Part shown: piece after piece, positions 13,396-26,092 of the stretch
How positions within the stretch are numbered: the stretch's first letter is position 1
Layout of the letters: every line of letters begins with the position of its first letter
Assembly: GCF_006345805.1 (NCBI RefSeq)
Contig: NC_043005.1
Coordinates: 108,004,001 to 108,068,000, forward strand
Direction: 5' to 3'
Source: Octopus sinensis
Lineage: Eukaryota
Length of the DNA stretch: 64,000 nt
Notes under the pieces: generated by a model
What the model saw: only the letters and a program-made list of their open reading frames with translations
The model's database searches: none
What the model was told of the DNA's origin: nothing
Translations under genes and position numbers: made by a program

Positions 13396-13741
13396 TTTTA
13401 CTCATCTCTCAGTATGGATTTTCATCATAATGCCCACTTATTTTTAAAATTGCATGAAAATAATAATCTTGATCATGAACATATGCACCTACACACAGAT
13501 TTGAAGCGAATTTATGTTAAGCTTTTGGGACCCAAGGAAACATGCTGATGTAAAGCAATATTCGTTTAACTCCAATTCAAATTACAAATGATGTAAATGG
13601 TTTCTGATTTCTGTAAGCAAGGAACTTTTGGCTTCCAGAAATTAACATAAATTATATCAAAAGGAAGCATTTATCCATTTTCACAGTGTTGTATATTCAT
13701 GCTTCCAGTACCTTAATAACATGTATATACGTGTATACGTG

Positions 13742-13906
13742 GAGGCGCAGGAGTGGCTGTGTGGTAAGTAGCTTGCTTACCAACCATGTGGTTCTGGGTT
13801 CAGTCCCACTGCATGGCACCTTGGGCAAGCGCCTTCTACTATAGCCTCGGGTCGACCAAAGCCTTGTAAGTGGATTTGGTAGATGAAAACTGAAAGAAGC
13901 CCGTCG

Positions 13907-13953
<47 letters not shown>

Positions 13954-14172
13954 ATGTGTGTGTGTATATGTTTGTGTGTCTGTGTTTGTCCCCCCAACAT
14001 CGATTGACAACCGATGCTGGTGTGTTTACATCCCCGTAACTTAGCAGTTCGGCAAAAGAGATTGAAAGAATAAGTACTAGGCTTACAAAGAATAAGTCCT
14101 GGGGTCGAGTTGCTCGACTAAAGGCGGTGCTCCAGCATGGCCGTAGTCCAATGAATGAAGCAAGTAAAAGAG
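13742..14172 (+). mobile_element. SINE family B, full length
   Basis: family B consensus; GTATACGTG direct repeats at both flanks. Confidence 0.9.
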
Positions 14173-14849
14173 TATACGTGCATGAGTGCACAGTTCTGTG
14201 CAGTGTATGCATGCATGTGCATGCAATTTCTGTGTGATGAATGACGACAGAGCAACCCCTCACTCTTCCCTGTATCCTGTTAATTGGGCAACTAGAAATA
14301 ACATTCACCCCTCTCATATTCCCTGTACCATACTGCTTGCGCGTTGAGAAATGATGTAGGATTTCTTCTTATTCCCTCTGCTTACCACCATTCTTAATAT
14401 TACCTCATTTGCTCATCACATGGTCTATGTATAAAAAGTAGCACCACATCCCTCTGTACCAAATACACTCTACTACCAATTTGTACTACTAGTCATCATT
14501 TGGTTTTCCCGATCACTTATTGACATTATTTTATTGTTTCCTACGTCTACCGATATTAATTACTATCTCTTTCCTATTACGACTCTCAGAAACCAATAAC
14601 TATTTCTATCATCCTAATTTCCTTTTCTTCGTCCACTAATTCTAGTCATTTTCTCTATCATCTCTCTGTCAGCCTCTCTGTCTATTTCCATCACTCTCTT
14701 GCAACCCCCTCTTTCTTTCTCTTTGTCATGGCTATTCTCTGTTGTTCATGTTGCCCTGTGTGAACGAACACATTATAACGAGCTAAAAATTTTAACATTT
14801 TACAGGGTAGAAGTCAAACCTACAACTGTAGGTGCCATCATAAAATATA

Positions 14850-15500
14850 CCGAGGCAATGACTAGTGACCGGGACTTCTGGAAATATGCTGTGCTGCAGA
14901 AGACTTGGCAAGCACAAGTGTGACCATAACCTTGTGGCCTATGCTAGGGGTGTAACCAGTCCCCTTATGTGTGCCTTTTCTTCATTGGACACTAAACTCT
15001 GCTTGTGAAGACCAGTTGAGGCAAATGAAATTGAAATCGAAATCAATCTTGGTGACTGGCATCCGTTGCTAATGGAGCACTAAGAGTACCATACGAGTGA
15101 GATCGTTGCCAGAACAACAAGCTGGCCTTCGTGCCAATGGCACGTTAAGCACACCATTGAAGTGTGATCATTATTGCGTCGCCTTACTAGCACTTGTGCT
15201 GGTGGCTCGTGAAACATTTGAGCGAGGTCATCCCCAGTGCCGCTGGACTGGCTCCTGTGCAGCTGGCATGTAAAAAGCACCATTTGGGTATGGTCGTTGC
15301 CTGTACCTCCAAACTGGTCCCTGTGCCAGTGGCACGTAAAAGCACCCACTACATTCTTGGAGTGGTTGGCGTTAGGAAGGGCATCCAGCCGTAGAAACTC
15401 TGCCAGATCAGATTGGAGTCTGGTTCGCCAGACCTCAATCAAATCGTCCAACCCATGCTAGCATGAAAAGTGGATGTTAAATGATGATGATGATGATGAT
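14850..15500 (+). mobile_element. 5'-truncated RTE LINE 3' end (family D): ORF C-terminus plus 3' UTR
   Basis: MTSDRDFWKYAVLQKTWQAQV*, then internal GTGCCAGTGGCACGTAAAAGCACC repeats, GGCGTTAGGAAGGGCATCCAGCCGTAG and a (GAT)n tail; homologous to 28678-29940. Confidence 0.75.
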
Positions 15501-15882
15501 AGTAAGTTGTAAGCAATGGAATGGAGACAACATAGTGTCAAAAGATCCGACTTGTTAAAGGCATATCTAGTGCTGATGGCAATAAAATACATCCTCTGCA
15601 CATTATAATGTAGTTAGTGCAAAGAAGGGTATGCAATCATAGCGATTAGGCCAAAAGAGGAAAATATGACCATAGTAGTGTCTTCGAAATCATCTGGAAA
15701 TGTAGTAACTATAAGCAAGAGATGATTTCGATCTTGACAACATGTCCAGTTCCTACCAGCATAGACAGCAGATTTAAAATGATAATGATGGTGATGACAC
15801 GTACATGCATGTGTACGTGCACGATTGTGTGTATGTGTGTGTGTTATCATCTTCACGTTAGCATTCATTTCCATGTGTGTAT

Positions 15883-16184
15883 GTGGAGGCACATGGCCTT
15901 GTGGTTAGAGCAGCGAGCTCGCGGTCAAGGGATCGCGGATTCGAATCTCAGACTGGGCGATGTGTGTGTTTATGAGCGAAACACCTAAGCTCCACACGGC
16001 TCCGGCAGAAGGTAATAGTGGACTTCTGCTGACTCTTCCACAACAACTTTCTCTCACTCTTTTCCTCCTGCATCTAGCAGCTCACCTGTGACGGACCGGC
16101 GTCCCGTCCAGTTGAGGAATCTATACGCCATGGTAACCGGGAAACCGGCCCTTATGAGCCAGGCGTGGCTTGAGAAGGAACAAA
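15883..16184 (+). mobile_element. SINE family A, full length
   Basis: GTGGAGGCACATGGCCTTGTGGTTAGAGC ... GATTCGAATCTC head. Confidence 0.9.
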
Positions 16185-16195
16185 TATGTGTATAT

Positions 16196-16435
16196 GGGCT
16201 GGCCTGGTCATCTGCATCACAATATGTTGCTATTTGTCCCAGTGCTGTGTCATCCTCATAAGGCTTAGGCCCCGAAGGTCAGCTTTCATCACAACATCCT
16301 CACAACTTCTTTAGCATTCATCTTCTACATATTGCTTGGAGTACCTGGATCCCTTTTTTACTCACTGTCATCACACTTCCAAAGCAGTGTAGCTCCCTTT
16401 TTCCCTAATGCCCATCTCATTCCTCTCATACCCAT
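16196..16435 (-). mobile_element. decayed RTE LINE 3' fragment
   Basis: weak similarity to the RTE C-terminal region at 29590-29830. Confidence 0.4.
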
Positions 16436-16436
16436 T

Positions 16437-16446
16437 TTATCTCTCT

Positions 16447-16534
<88 letters not shown>

Positions 16535-16603
16535 CTATGTATGTATGTAGGTAGGTGGGTAGGTAGGTAGGTTGGTAGGTAGGTAGGTAGGTAAATAGAT
16601 AGA
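16437..16603. repeat. (GATA)n/(GGTA)n microsatellite
   Basis: directly visible. Confidence 0.95.
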
Positions 16604-16605
16604 TA

Positions 16606-17831
16606 CGAGGCTGGACTGAAAAGTTCATATGCTGACTACGAAGGAGTGATGCAAGAGATGTGAAATCTTGTATGCATTAATTTCAAAACTCTTCTTTTAA
16701 ATAATTGCACTGATTCTTTCCAACTGAACAGACATTTGACTGTTCAAAGAATACTTCAAAAGTAACTTCTAGTAAGTTCTCTTCAAAATGGACAAAATTT
16801 GGCTTGGCTTTGTGGTGGAATCAAGTACCTGCAGAAGAAGGGTTTAGTCCCAAGGACATTCATGCTGACATGGTTGTTCCAGCTTTATGAACAATGCAAA
16901 AGTGGGCAGCTGAATTTAAGAAAAGAAGAGTTTTGAAGATGTTCCAAGGTCTGGGTGTCCTGCAACTGTCACCACTGATGAAAACGTTGATCCTGTTTAC
17001 CACATAGTGATGGCTGACAGGCGATTGACTATAAATCAAATAGCCAATGCTCTTAGCGTATCCCAAAGAGAGTTGATAATATTCTGCACAATGGTCTTGG
17101 CATGACAAAGGTTTCTTCTGACAGCTGATCAAAAGCACAACAGCTGTTCACATTACGGGAAAATCTGGCATTGTTTGAGGCAGATCCAGCTGGTTTCCTT
17201 GAACATCTCTTAACCCAAGATGAGTGTTGGGTTAGTCCCTTTGAGCCTGAGACAAAGAGACAATCCATGCAGCGGAAACACCTCCAAAGAAGGCCGAAGT
17301 TGTCTCAGTTGCAGGGAAAGTGATGGCCTCAGCATTGTGTTTATCGACTATCTTCAAAAGGGTCACAGCATCAAAGGAGAGAGTACTATGTCAATTTGCT
17401 GAGACAGTTATGAAAGGCTATTATGACCAAACGCTCAAGAAAAGGGATGAAAGGAGCTTGTTTTATCAGGACAATTCTCCAGGACAGAAGCCATTGATTT
17501 TAATGACTGCTGTGCATGACTGTGGCTTTGAAAAGGTTGACTATCCTCTCCTATTCTCCTGATTCGACCCCATCTGATTATCATCTGTTCCTCAACATGA
17601 ACAAAGCACTAAACTGGGGATTAGTATCGCAGGGATGATGATGTCATATCTGCTGTTGATAATTTTTTTACTAACGCAACGAAAGCTTCTTCACCAATGG
17701 GATCCAAGCACTGCAACATCAATGGAAGAAAGGAATAGACAGTTAGAGGGACTCCGTTGAAAATGAACCTCATTTGGTCGCATTCCATGAGAGTAATTTG
17801 GTCAGCCTATGAACTTTTCAGCTGACTCTCG
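16606..17831 (+). mobile_element. full-length decayed mariner (DD34D) transposon
   Basis: TIRs CGAGGCTGGACTGAAAAGTTCATATGCTGAC / GTCAGCCTATGAACTTTTCAGCTGACTCTCG, TA flanks, ~1.2 kb; frameshifted motifs KWAAEFK, PRSGCP, DRRLTINQIA, TQDECWV, QDNSP, PSDYHLF. Confidence 0.9.
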
Positions 17832-18361
17832 TAGACCGACAGACAGACAGACAAACAGATAGATGGATAGATAAATAACTTGGAAGGTATCCTGAAAAGC
17901 ATATTGATGAATGAGTAAATAGATTGATGTACAAAAAGTAAATAAGTAATGTAACAGATACATAAGATAGAATGGGAAAGAGAGGAGAAAGACTGGAAAA
18001 AAAGAGTGTCAGAGACAAACTAGTGAGATAGATTGCTAATATATAGTTAAACATATAAACGAATAATGGAAGTATTGAAAAGTTTATCAACAATGAACAT
18101 TGTGATATCAAATATGTTTCTATCTTTATACAAGTGAAACACTGATATTTAAACACATATATTCCTCAATCTTGTTGAATGATTATCTTTATAAGATAAA
18201 GCTATTAATCATTTTCTGTGACTTGCTGCTTTTGTCTGGATCTGAAAATTATTTTAATTTACTATTCGTTCAGACATTTTTATATTAACTGACCATTTCC
18301 TCTCAGCTCATCTCTTTCTGTTGTTTTTTCTTTTTCTTTTTCTTTTCAGTCTCAAATACGT

Positions 18362-18411
<50 letters not shown>

Positions 18412-18599
18412 ACTTCATATATGCACATGAATACAAATATAAACAAACTGTCCTCAGATGTTCAAACGCACACACACAAATATACATACACAGATAATTG
18501 TATACATATATAAATATGTATGTGTATGCATGTATATATTTGTGTGTCCCCACAACCCCCCACTCTATCCCAACCCCCAGCCGAACCCACACCCCACAT

Positions 18600-19010
18600 G
18601 GGCTTTCCCTACCTCCCACCACACTACACTACACTACACCATACGACATTACACACGTCCAGACCTTTCATACGCACATATATACTCTCTCATACACACA
18701 CGCACCCTTATGTTGGGGCGAGGTCATTTAACCTTGTTATCTCCCCTACTATCCCTCTTCGTCTAACGTCTGATCTCTGACTTCTGGCCGAAATCAGACC
18801 GCCATGTTAAATCGTTAGCTCCTGCACGCATTTTGTTCTCTCGTTTCTCTCCATGTTTCTTTTCTGTGTATCTTTCTGTTGAAGAGCGTAGGCTCGAAAC
18901 GTAAAAGACTTGTTTTATTTCTATTCCTGAGTGCCATACTAATACAATTGTCTTTTTGTACTCCACCTGCCTTCGTCTTTTGTTTATTTTCGTAAGCTTC
19001 CCGTTATATA
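18600..19010 (+). mobile_element. non-coding Penelope-terminus/retrozyme-like element
   Basis: carries a hammerhead-like motif at 18871-18908 and ends in (TA)n; 5' boundary uncertain. Confidence 0.5.
18871..18908 (+). ncRNA. minimal type I hammerhead ribozyme, core variant CUGUUGA
   Basis: TCTTT-CTGTTGA-A-GAGC(GTAG)GCTC-GAA-ACGT-A-AAAGA: stem I TCTTT/AAAGA, stem II GAGC/GCTC, palindromic ACGT stem III. Confidence 0.6.
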
Positions 19011-19019
19011 TATATATGT

Positions 19020-20065
19020 CAGACAAAATGAGATAACAAAGCCAAGGCTGTGAGGAGTTTTCAGGACATTTATAAGGAAATAGTCTTACAGCTGTTTCTG
19101 GGATACTATGGATATCCCTTCATCAGAGACGATGCGAGATGGTTGAATGGAGGCAAATATTTGAGTTTGAAATCAGGAATTATTATGGAAAAGGAGGAGA
19201 TAGGGAATATAGAGGGAAATAAGAGATGAAAGTAGAAATAAAATATATAAAGCTATTGTAGTAGCTGTTCCATTACTCAAGGAAAGTGGTGAATAGAAGT
19301 GGCAAAAAGTTTCCTGTACATGGTATGTAAGCTCCAATAGTAGTTCATGTTTAGTCATTTCAAAGTATGGAGCTGTGGATTCTGTGTTACTCATTTGAAA
19401 GGGTCTTGTGGGGGAAGGGGAGATGTGTATGATTAGAATGAGGAGATAGGTCAAAATGAAAACAGGAAGAGAAACTGAGAGGAAGAAAAAGAGAGAAAAG
19501 AGTGAAAAGGTGAAGAAACGATGAAAGAAGTGAGAAAAGGAGTGTTAGTTAGTGGTCAAGATATGTGAGGGGAGGATGGGAGAGAAGTGGGGGAGGAATA
19601 TGAAGAGATGATAAGGTAAAGAGTGAATAAGTGTGCAATATGTGAGTAGTGGTGATATGAAAGAGCTGCTTTAAAATATGGGTAGAGAAAATGTATGCGT
19701 GAGAGTGATACCGAAGTGAGTAATAGTTTTAGTAGTAAAATTTAAAGTGGAGGTACTAATACAACAATGTCAGATTTCTATAAATAAATATATAGAAATT
19801 TGACATTGTCGTACTCCTACAACTATTTTAAATTTTACTACTAAACTCCTCTATCATCCTCCACTCACATTACCTTAACCACCAACTAACACTCCTTTTC
19901 TCAAATATTTCACCCTTTCTTCAATTTTTGACTCTTTTCATTTTTTTCTATTTTTTTCTTTTCTATCTTTCTTCCTCTCATTTTCTCTTCCGGTTTTCAT
20001 TTTGACCTATCTCCTCATTCTAATACAATGACCCATATTTAACTCCTCACTTGTATCACAATCAA

Positions 20066-20070
<5 letters not shown>
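19020..20070 (-). mobile_element. Penelope-terminus-like element with hammerhead and large imperfect foldback
   Basis: 19020-19200 homologous to 58420-58675 (opposite strand); 19430-19560 inverted relative to 19875-20028; flanked by (TA)n. Confidence 0.6.
19083..19130 (-). ncRNA. minimal type I hammerhead ribozyme
   Basis: Minus: GTCT-CTGATGA-AGGGATA(TCCATAG)TATCCCA-GAA-AC(AGCT)GT-A-AGAC. Confidence 0.8.
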
Positions 20071-20112
<42 letters not shown>

Positions 20113-20126
20113 CATACATATATATA

Positions 20127-20168
<42 letters not shown>

Positions 20169-20317
20169 TATATATACATATATATATATATTATATATAT
20201 ATATATATATATCCTATCAGGATATTTATCCTATATATTTATCCTATCAGGTGGTGCTATTAAGTTAGACATGGCCTGGACCAATCTCTGGTCGAAACAT
20301 ATCTAAGTTTTATCTAA

Positions 20318-20411
<94 letters not shown>

Positions 20412-20413
20412 CA

Positions 20414-20468
<55 letters not shown>

Positions 20469-21042
20469 AGTTATGGAATATTCCGTTAAGAACATAGTGG
20501 AGCACAGTATAAAGATCGTCCACCTTCAGATTTACCCTTTGCTATCCAGTAGTAGTATTGCACGTACATCCAGGTTTACATTTGGGCATCTGTCACATAC
20601 ATATAGGGTAAATCTAGCATTCTTGTATCATTTCCTCACCTTATGATAGAGAGTATTTCTACTGTGTTTCAGTTGAGAGTATCATTCAAACGGAAATGGA
20701 TATCACCACTGTAAAGTCAATTTCGCTCGGGAAGAAATTCACACACACACACACACACACATACACACACATCGAAAGAATTAATGTATAAACATCAAAG
20801 ACTAAATCCTCGGTAATAAAGAGTTCAATTAATAAAGTGTCATTAAAGTCTGGCAGGTTATTACATTGCAGTGACTACAACAAGTCTCACTGATTACAAA
20901 CATATATAACTAGTTGAAAGGGTCATTAAGTGCAACATACTTTGCAGGAAAGTACGCTTTCCTGCTATATGTGTGCATGCACACACACACACATACATAC
21001 ATACATATATACATACATACATATATACATACATACATATAA

Positions 21043-21069
<27 letters not shown>

Positions 21070-21073
<4 letters not shown>

Positions 21074-21685
21074 AGTGGAGGTTCCATATACGACAGTCCC
21101 TGCGATTCACACATGCAAAATCGGAGTAGCAAATAAACGAAAACAATCTCTTACCGTTAATGAACATGTTTCTAGATCACAAGCTAGAAATTGCTTGATT
21201 TCCTTCGTCAACATCATATTCGATACTATGTACTGAACTTTACAGAAGTTCCTGACGCTGAATTTGTCATATTTACATACCGAAATTTACCGGTAAATAA
21301 TTATTGTTGGTTGTATGAAAAACCACTGCAAAAATTACTTACCACTTTTATTGTATTACCATGTGGATTTCCTATTCCATTGCGATCACCCAGGCGGCGG
21401 GCATAGCAGAATTTTGGAGGGAAAATTTACGATTCCAGTCATTACTTAGTTTTAACATCTGCACACCTCCCCCCACTATCTGATGGTGCTTGGTCAGAAA
21501 TGAGGGCTGATGGCATTTGGTAAGTCTATCGAATATGATGTTGATGAAGGAAATCAAGCAATTTCGAGCTTGTGATCTAGAAACATGTTCATCATTAACG
21601 GTAAGAGATTGTTTTCGTTTATTTGCTACTCCGATTTTGCATGTGTGAATTGCAGGGACTGTCGTATATGGAACCTCCACTTATA
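21070..21685. mobile_element. MITE/foldback with ~155-bp terminal inverted repeats
   Basis: TATAAGTGGAGGTTCCATATACGACAGTCCC...CATATTCGATA (21070-21225) inverted at 21527-21685. Confidence 0.85.
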
Positions 21686-21799
21686 GAAAATGGAAAAAAA
21701 CACTCTTTGACTGCCATTTCTAATTCCTTCGGTATGCGGCAAGCAGCATGTTGCCCGCCCTTTTATTTTTACTATATTATATATATGTATATATGTATA

Positions 21800-21889
<90 letters not shown>

Positions 21890-21934
21890 GTATGTATGTA
21901 TATGCAAAATAAGCAACAAGGCTATCTAGAGGTA

Positions 21935-22023
21935 ATGCAGTACGATCATTTCATGCAACTCCATTTAATTGAACAATGCAAACATTACATCAATTTAAAA
22001 TGTAGAGCAATCTTCAGCTGCAT
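21935..22023 (-). ncRNA. type I hammerhead ribozyme with long stem II
   Basis: Minus: ATGCAG-CTGAAGA-[~57 nt]-GAA-AT(GATC)GT-A-CTGCAT; perfect 6-bp stem I. Confidence 0.7.
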
Positions 22024-22369
22024 GAAATATATAGAATTTAGTTAAATTCGAAGGACTCATTTGTATAATTTTCATTTTATCCAAAACCACCAAGAGGATA
22101 AGTAGATAGACAAAGAGCATGCTTTATCAATAACATCACAGTTTTAACTTACAAAATGATGCAGAAAAACTAATAGCATGTAGAGAGAAATAAAGGTACT
22201 CTACACAATTCATTTACATACATATTTGTTTTTCTTTTAAATATCAAAAAGAAACTTTATATACAGTATATTTGTACATATTCGTATGACCAATGCACCA
22301 TTTGGCCAATTCTAGTCATAATTTGTTTTTGAAATAGATGATTTATGAGAAAATATACAGTGTATATAT

Positions 22370-22540
22370 AGGCGCAGGAGTGGCTGTGTGGTAAGTAGCT
22401 TGCTAACCAACCACATGTTTCCGGGTTCAGTCCCACTGCATGGCATCTTGGGCAAGTGTCTTCTGCTATTGCCCGGGCCGACCAATGCCTTGTGAGTGGA
22501 TTTGGTAGACGGAAACTTAAAGAAGCCTGTCGTATATATG

Positions 22541-22571
<31 letters not shown>

Positions 22572-22781
22572 TTGTGTGTCTGTGTGTGTCCCCCTAGCAT
22601 TGCTTGACAACTGATGCTGGTGTGTTTACATCCTTGTAACTTAGCGGTTCGGCAAAAGAAACCGATAGAATAAGTACTGGGCTTACAAAGAATAAGTCCC
22701 GGGGTCAATTTGCTCGACTAAAGGCGGTGCTCCAGCATGGCCGCAGTCAAATGACTGAAACAAGTAAAAGAGTAAAAGAGT
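22370..22781 (+). mobile_element. SINE family B, full length
   Basis: family B consensus. Confidence 0.9.
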
Positions 22782-23123
22782 GTTTGCATGAACTGGACTA
22801 ATAGCATCTGCATGTTACTTTTACAGTTTCTTGCAGTCTTGTTGCCATTTCATTGTAGTCATGTTCACCTGCTTGTAGAAGGAAGTTAAATGCTATTTCT
22901 AGCAGTCTGTCCACCAATTTGTTGAATGGGTTTGTTTCCTTCTCAGATATAATAGTATGAATAACAATGAATTCTTTGTATTTATCATTATCTTAATGTC
23001 CATAAAACTCATCTGAAGGAATTGTCTACTAAAATCTAGTATTTTCAGGAAGAATTATTTTGACATAAAATGATAAAACGTTCCCACTCTTAGTTATCGA
23101 AGGTTTCAGATTACTGCAATATA

Positions 23124-23813
23124 GAGGGTTGGCCAAAAGTCACCCGACAGTAAATCAAAATTCCAGAAATACTTAATAACACATGAACAAAATAAACAAA
23201 AACAAATTACACGAACGTGTATAAACAGGAGATACAAATATTACAGGCCCTCCCCGCCACACACACACACACTTACTAAACATAGACACACATAGGGGTA
23301 TACGCATGTGCAAATAAAGACATACAATAGGAATACAAAATACAAAATGGCTGACCGCTAGTAAGGAGTGACACACAAATAAGAAAGAAGAAAGCAAAGG
23401 ATCACTGATGAGGTCACAGAAGTGTGACGAAAGAACTCTGGCCAAAATAAGATTAAGATTAATGTAAAAAATAAATAAAGCTGAAGCAAATTAACACCAA
23501 ATATATAGTGCGTGTGTTCTTATTGGCTAAACTGGCAACATGACCATTTCTAAATACAACAACATCTGTTTCAACACATGATTTCACATCAAGAATCTTG
23601 CAAAACAAATATATAAACGTAACTTAATATTCAGTTTTATTTATTCATTCCAATAATGAATGTTTAATAATTGAATGCTGTGAGTTAAAATCACCGTTTT
23701 TTTCCCCTCAACATTTGTCTATATTTAGTGAACTCTCATATAAAATAATTTTTGTTTTAATCTTGGTTTTAAATGGTTTTGATTTACTGTCAGGTGACTT
23801 TTGGCCAACCCTG
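23124..23813. mobile_element. Tc1-like MITE containing a hammerhead-bearing segment
   Basis: TIRs GAGGGTTGGCCAAAAGTCACCCGACAGTAAATCAAAA / TTTTGATTTACTGTCAGGTGACTTTTGGCCAACCCTG; TA flanks. Confidence 0.85.
23400..23443 (+). ncRNA. minimal type I hammerhead ribozyme
   Basis: GATCA-CTGATGA-G-GTCAC(AGAAGT)GTGAC-GAA-AG(AA)CT-C-TGGCC; stem I imperfect. Confidence 0.6.
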
Positions 23814-23996
23814 TAATGACATTCTCTATTAAGAATACAATGCATATTTAGACTTGCAGTAAAGTACTTTGATTGCAGAACCAGTAGAGTGAACTATTAC
23901 ACACTGTTATTAATTGCTTACAGCTAGATAGACTTGACTTCTAAGTATACTGGTCATGGACAAGCTATAGTGAACTGTCCCACAAGATGGTATCTA

Positions 23997-24517
23997 CCGT
24001 AAATCCTTGAGTATAATCCGCATTTTTTTCCCAAAATTTAAAGGTCAAAATCCCTAGTGTGCACTATACACGAGGTTAGAAATGAAAATTACTTTCTAAG
24101 CAATGTCCGAGTCTCTATTTGCTGTCTGGTAATGTTTATTCAGACGCATTTTGTGATGTCGGGTGCGAAAATACCTTAAACTAAGCCTGAAAGCAATGAA
24201 GTCATAAAAGAATCATCCATAACTTGCAGTAAGCAACAATTATTAAACGTTATTTCTGTTATTTCTGTTATTTCTTTATTTTCTGCAAACAAAATGCACA
24301 AAAATGCTACATGTTTGCCTTATGTCATATATACAATAATAATAAAGGGCGTTACCGTATACAGTTTTACAAACCAAGGACGTTATATAGACCTCCTTGA
24401 CTCAAGTTAGAGAAGGGGTGTATATTATACACAAGGTTTAGGTTTTTCAAAGGTACAGCCCCCTAAAAATCCCCTGCGTATTATACTCAAGGGTGGACTA
24501 TATGCGAGGATTTATGG
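23997..24517. mobile_element. pogo/Tc2-like MITE
   Basis: TA|CCGTAAATCCTTGAGTATAATCC ... GGACTATATGCGAGGATTTATGG|TA. Confidence 0.75.
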
Positions 24518-25426
24518 TACTTTTAGTTTGATACATAGGACTACTGATAGTTAAATTTTATTGTTGTGGAAACGGCATAGTGAACTATATTGCAATGTGG
24601 TACCTACTCACAGCTAGATGGACTGAACTGTAGATGACTACTTAAACATTTTGAGTGAAATTTTAAATCTCAAGTGTCTAGCTTATCGACAGTTTTATGA
24701 ACATCATTATGTGATTCACACAAATACGTTTGTTTCCTGTCTATTTATAGCCTTGCCCCTCTTTGTTCATCAAATAGGATAGGGATAGTGTGAGTGTACT
24801 CCAGATATGATCCAGCAACACAACTTCAGGGCTGACATAGGAGGGGATGCCACTGTACCCGCATAAGGTCAAGTTACACTCGTTTAAATACTTTGCAGTG
24901 TTTGTTTGGGCCCATTATGTTTTTCAAGCTCAGATCCCACGTAGGTTAATCCTGCTTTCCATTCCCCCAGATTAGATAAAATAAAGCCAGTCATGAGGTC
25001 ATTAATCTAATCACCTAATCTCCACTCTCTTCCAAAGTTTTGGTCTTATCCCTAAGCTAGAAACAATTTTTCTTTAATGAAAATTATCTTTGAGTGAAGA
25101 AACCAATGATCAAGGATATTGTAAGCAAAACTGTGCTAGAACATTGGGGAAATGAATGTTTATGTGGTCAATCTTGTCTTAGCTATTTGATCAGTTATGC
25201 TCATTTAATTAATAAATTTGTCAGTCAATAAATATCTTTAAAAAAATTTTTATTCACAAGCACATTTTCACCTGCTTTCAAACATATGTATCTAAATCTA
25301 CAATATTCAATACATCATTATGCTTTTAAGATGGTATGGTATGATTTCAGGATGATTGGGCAGTAATTTCTCACAGAGTTAGATGTCATGTAGAGGAATC
25401 TCTGTATTTTCCTTTGATTGAACTGA

Positions 25427-26092
25427 ATGGCCGTGTGGCTCAGAACCTTGCTTTGCAATGCTGCAGTTTCAGATTCAACCCATATGCACAGCAATTTATG
25501 CAAGCATCTTTTACTATATAGCCCTGGGTTGACCAATGCCTTGTGTGTGAATTTGGTAGATGGAAACTTGTGTGGAAGCCTGTCATATATATATATTATT
25601 TTATTGCCCATAAGGGACTAAACATAGAAGGGACAAACCAAGACAGACAAAGGGATTAAGCCGATTACAGTGTGTAACTAGTACTTTAATTATCGACCCC
25701 GAAAGGATGAAAGGCAAAGTCGACCTCAGTGGAATTTGAACTCAGAACGTAACAGCAGAGAAAATACCGCAAATCATTTCGCCCGGCGTGCTAACATTTC
25801 TGCCAGCTCACCGCCCTTCATATATATATATATATATGTATGTCACAGGTTTCAACACAGTTTCCATCTATATATGTGTGCTTGCATTCACATTTGTTAC
25901 CCACACTACTTGACTGCTGGTATTTGTACATTTATGTCCCCGTGACTCAGTAGTCTGACAAAGGAAAAAGATAGAATAAATACCAGACTTTAAAAATATG
26001 TAAGTATTTGTGCTGATTTGTTTGACTAAACCCTTGAAGGCAGTGCTCCAGCATGGCTATGGTCCAATGACTGAAACAACTTAAAGGTAAAA
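25427..26092 (+). mobile_element. old SINE family B with a family C SINE inserted in its (TA)n
   Basis: degenerate 5' half 25427-25590 and 3' half 25890-26092. Confidence 0.7.
25596..25818 (-). mobile_element. SINE family C (Nin/Deu-like domain)
   Basis: plus strand TCGACCCCGAAAGGATGAAAGGCAAAGTCGACC, the reverse complement of the family C core. Confidence 0.8.

Noticed and set aside
15883-15960. tRNA-like cloverleaf
   Set aside because: Head of SINE family A, not a tRNA gene
20262-20310. Hammerhead-like GACCA..TGGTC-GAAAC hairpin
   Set aside because: CUGANGA core missing; at best a decayed remnant
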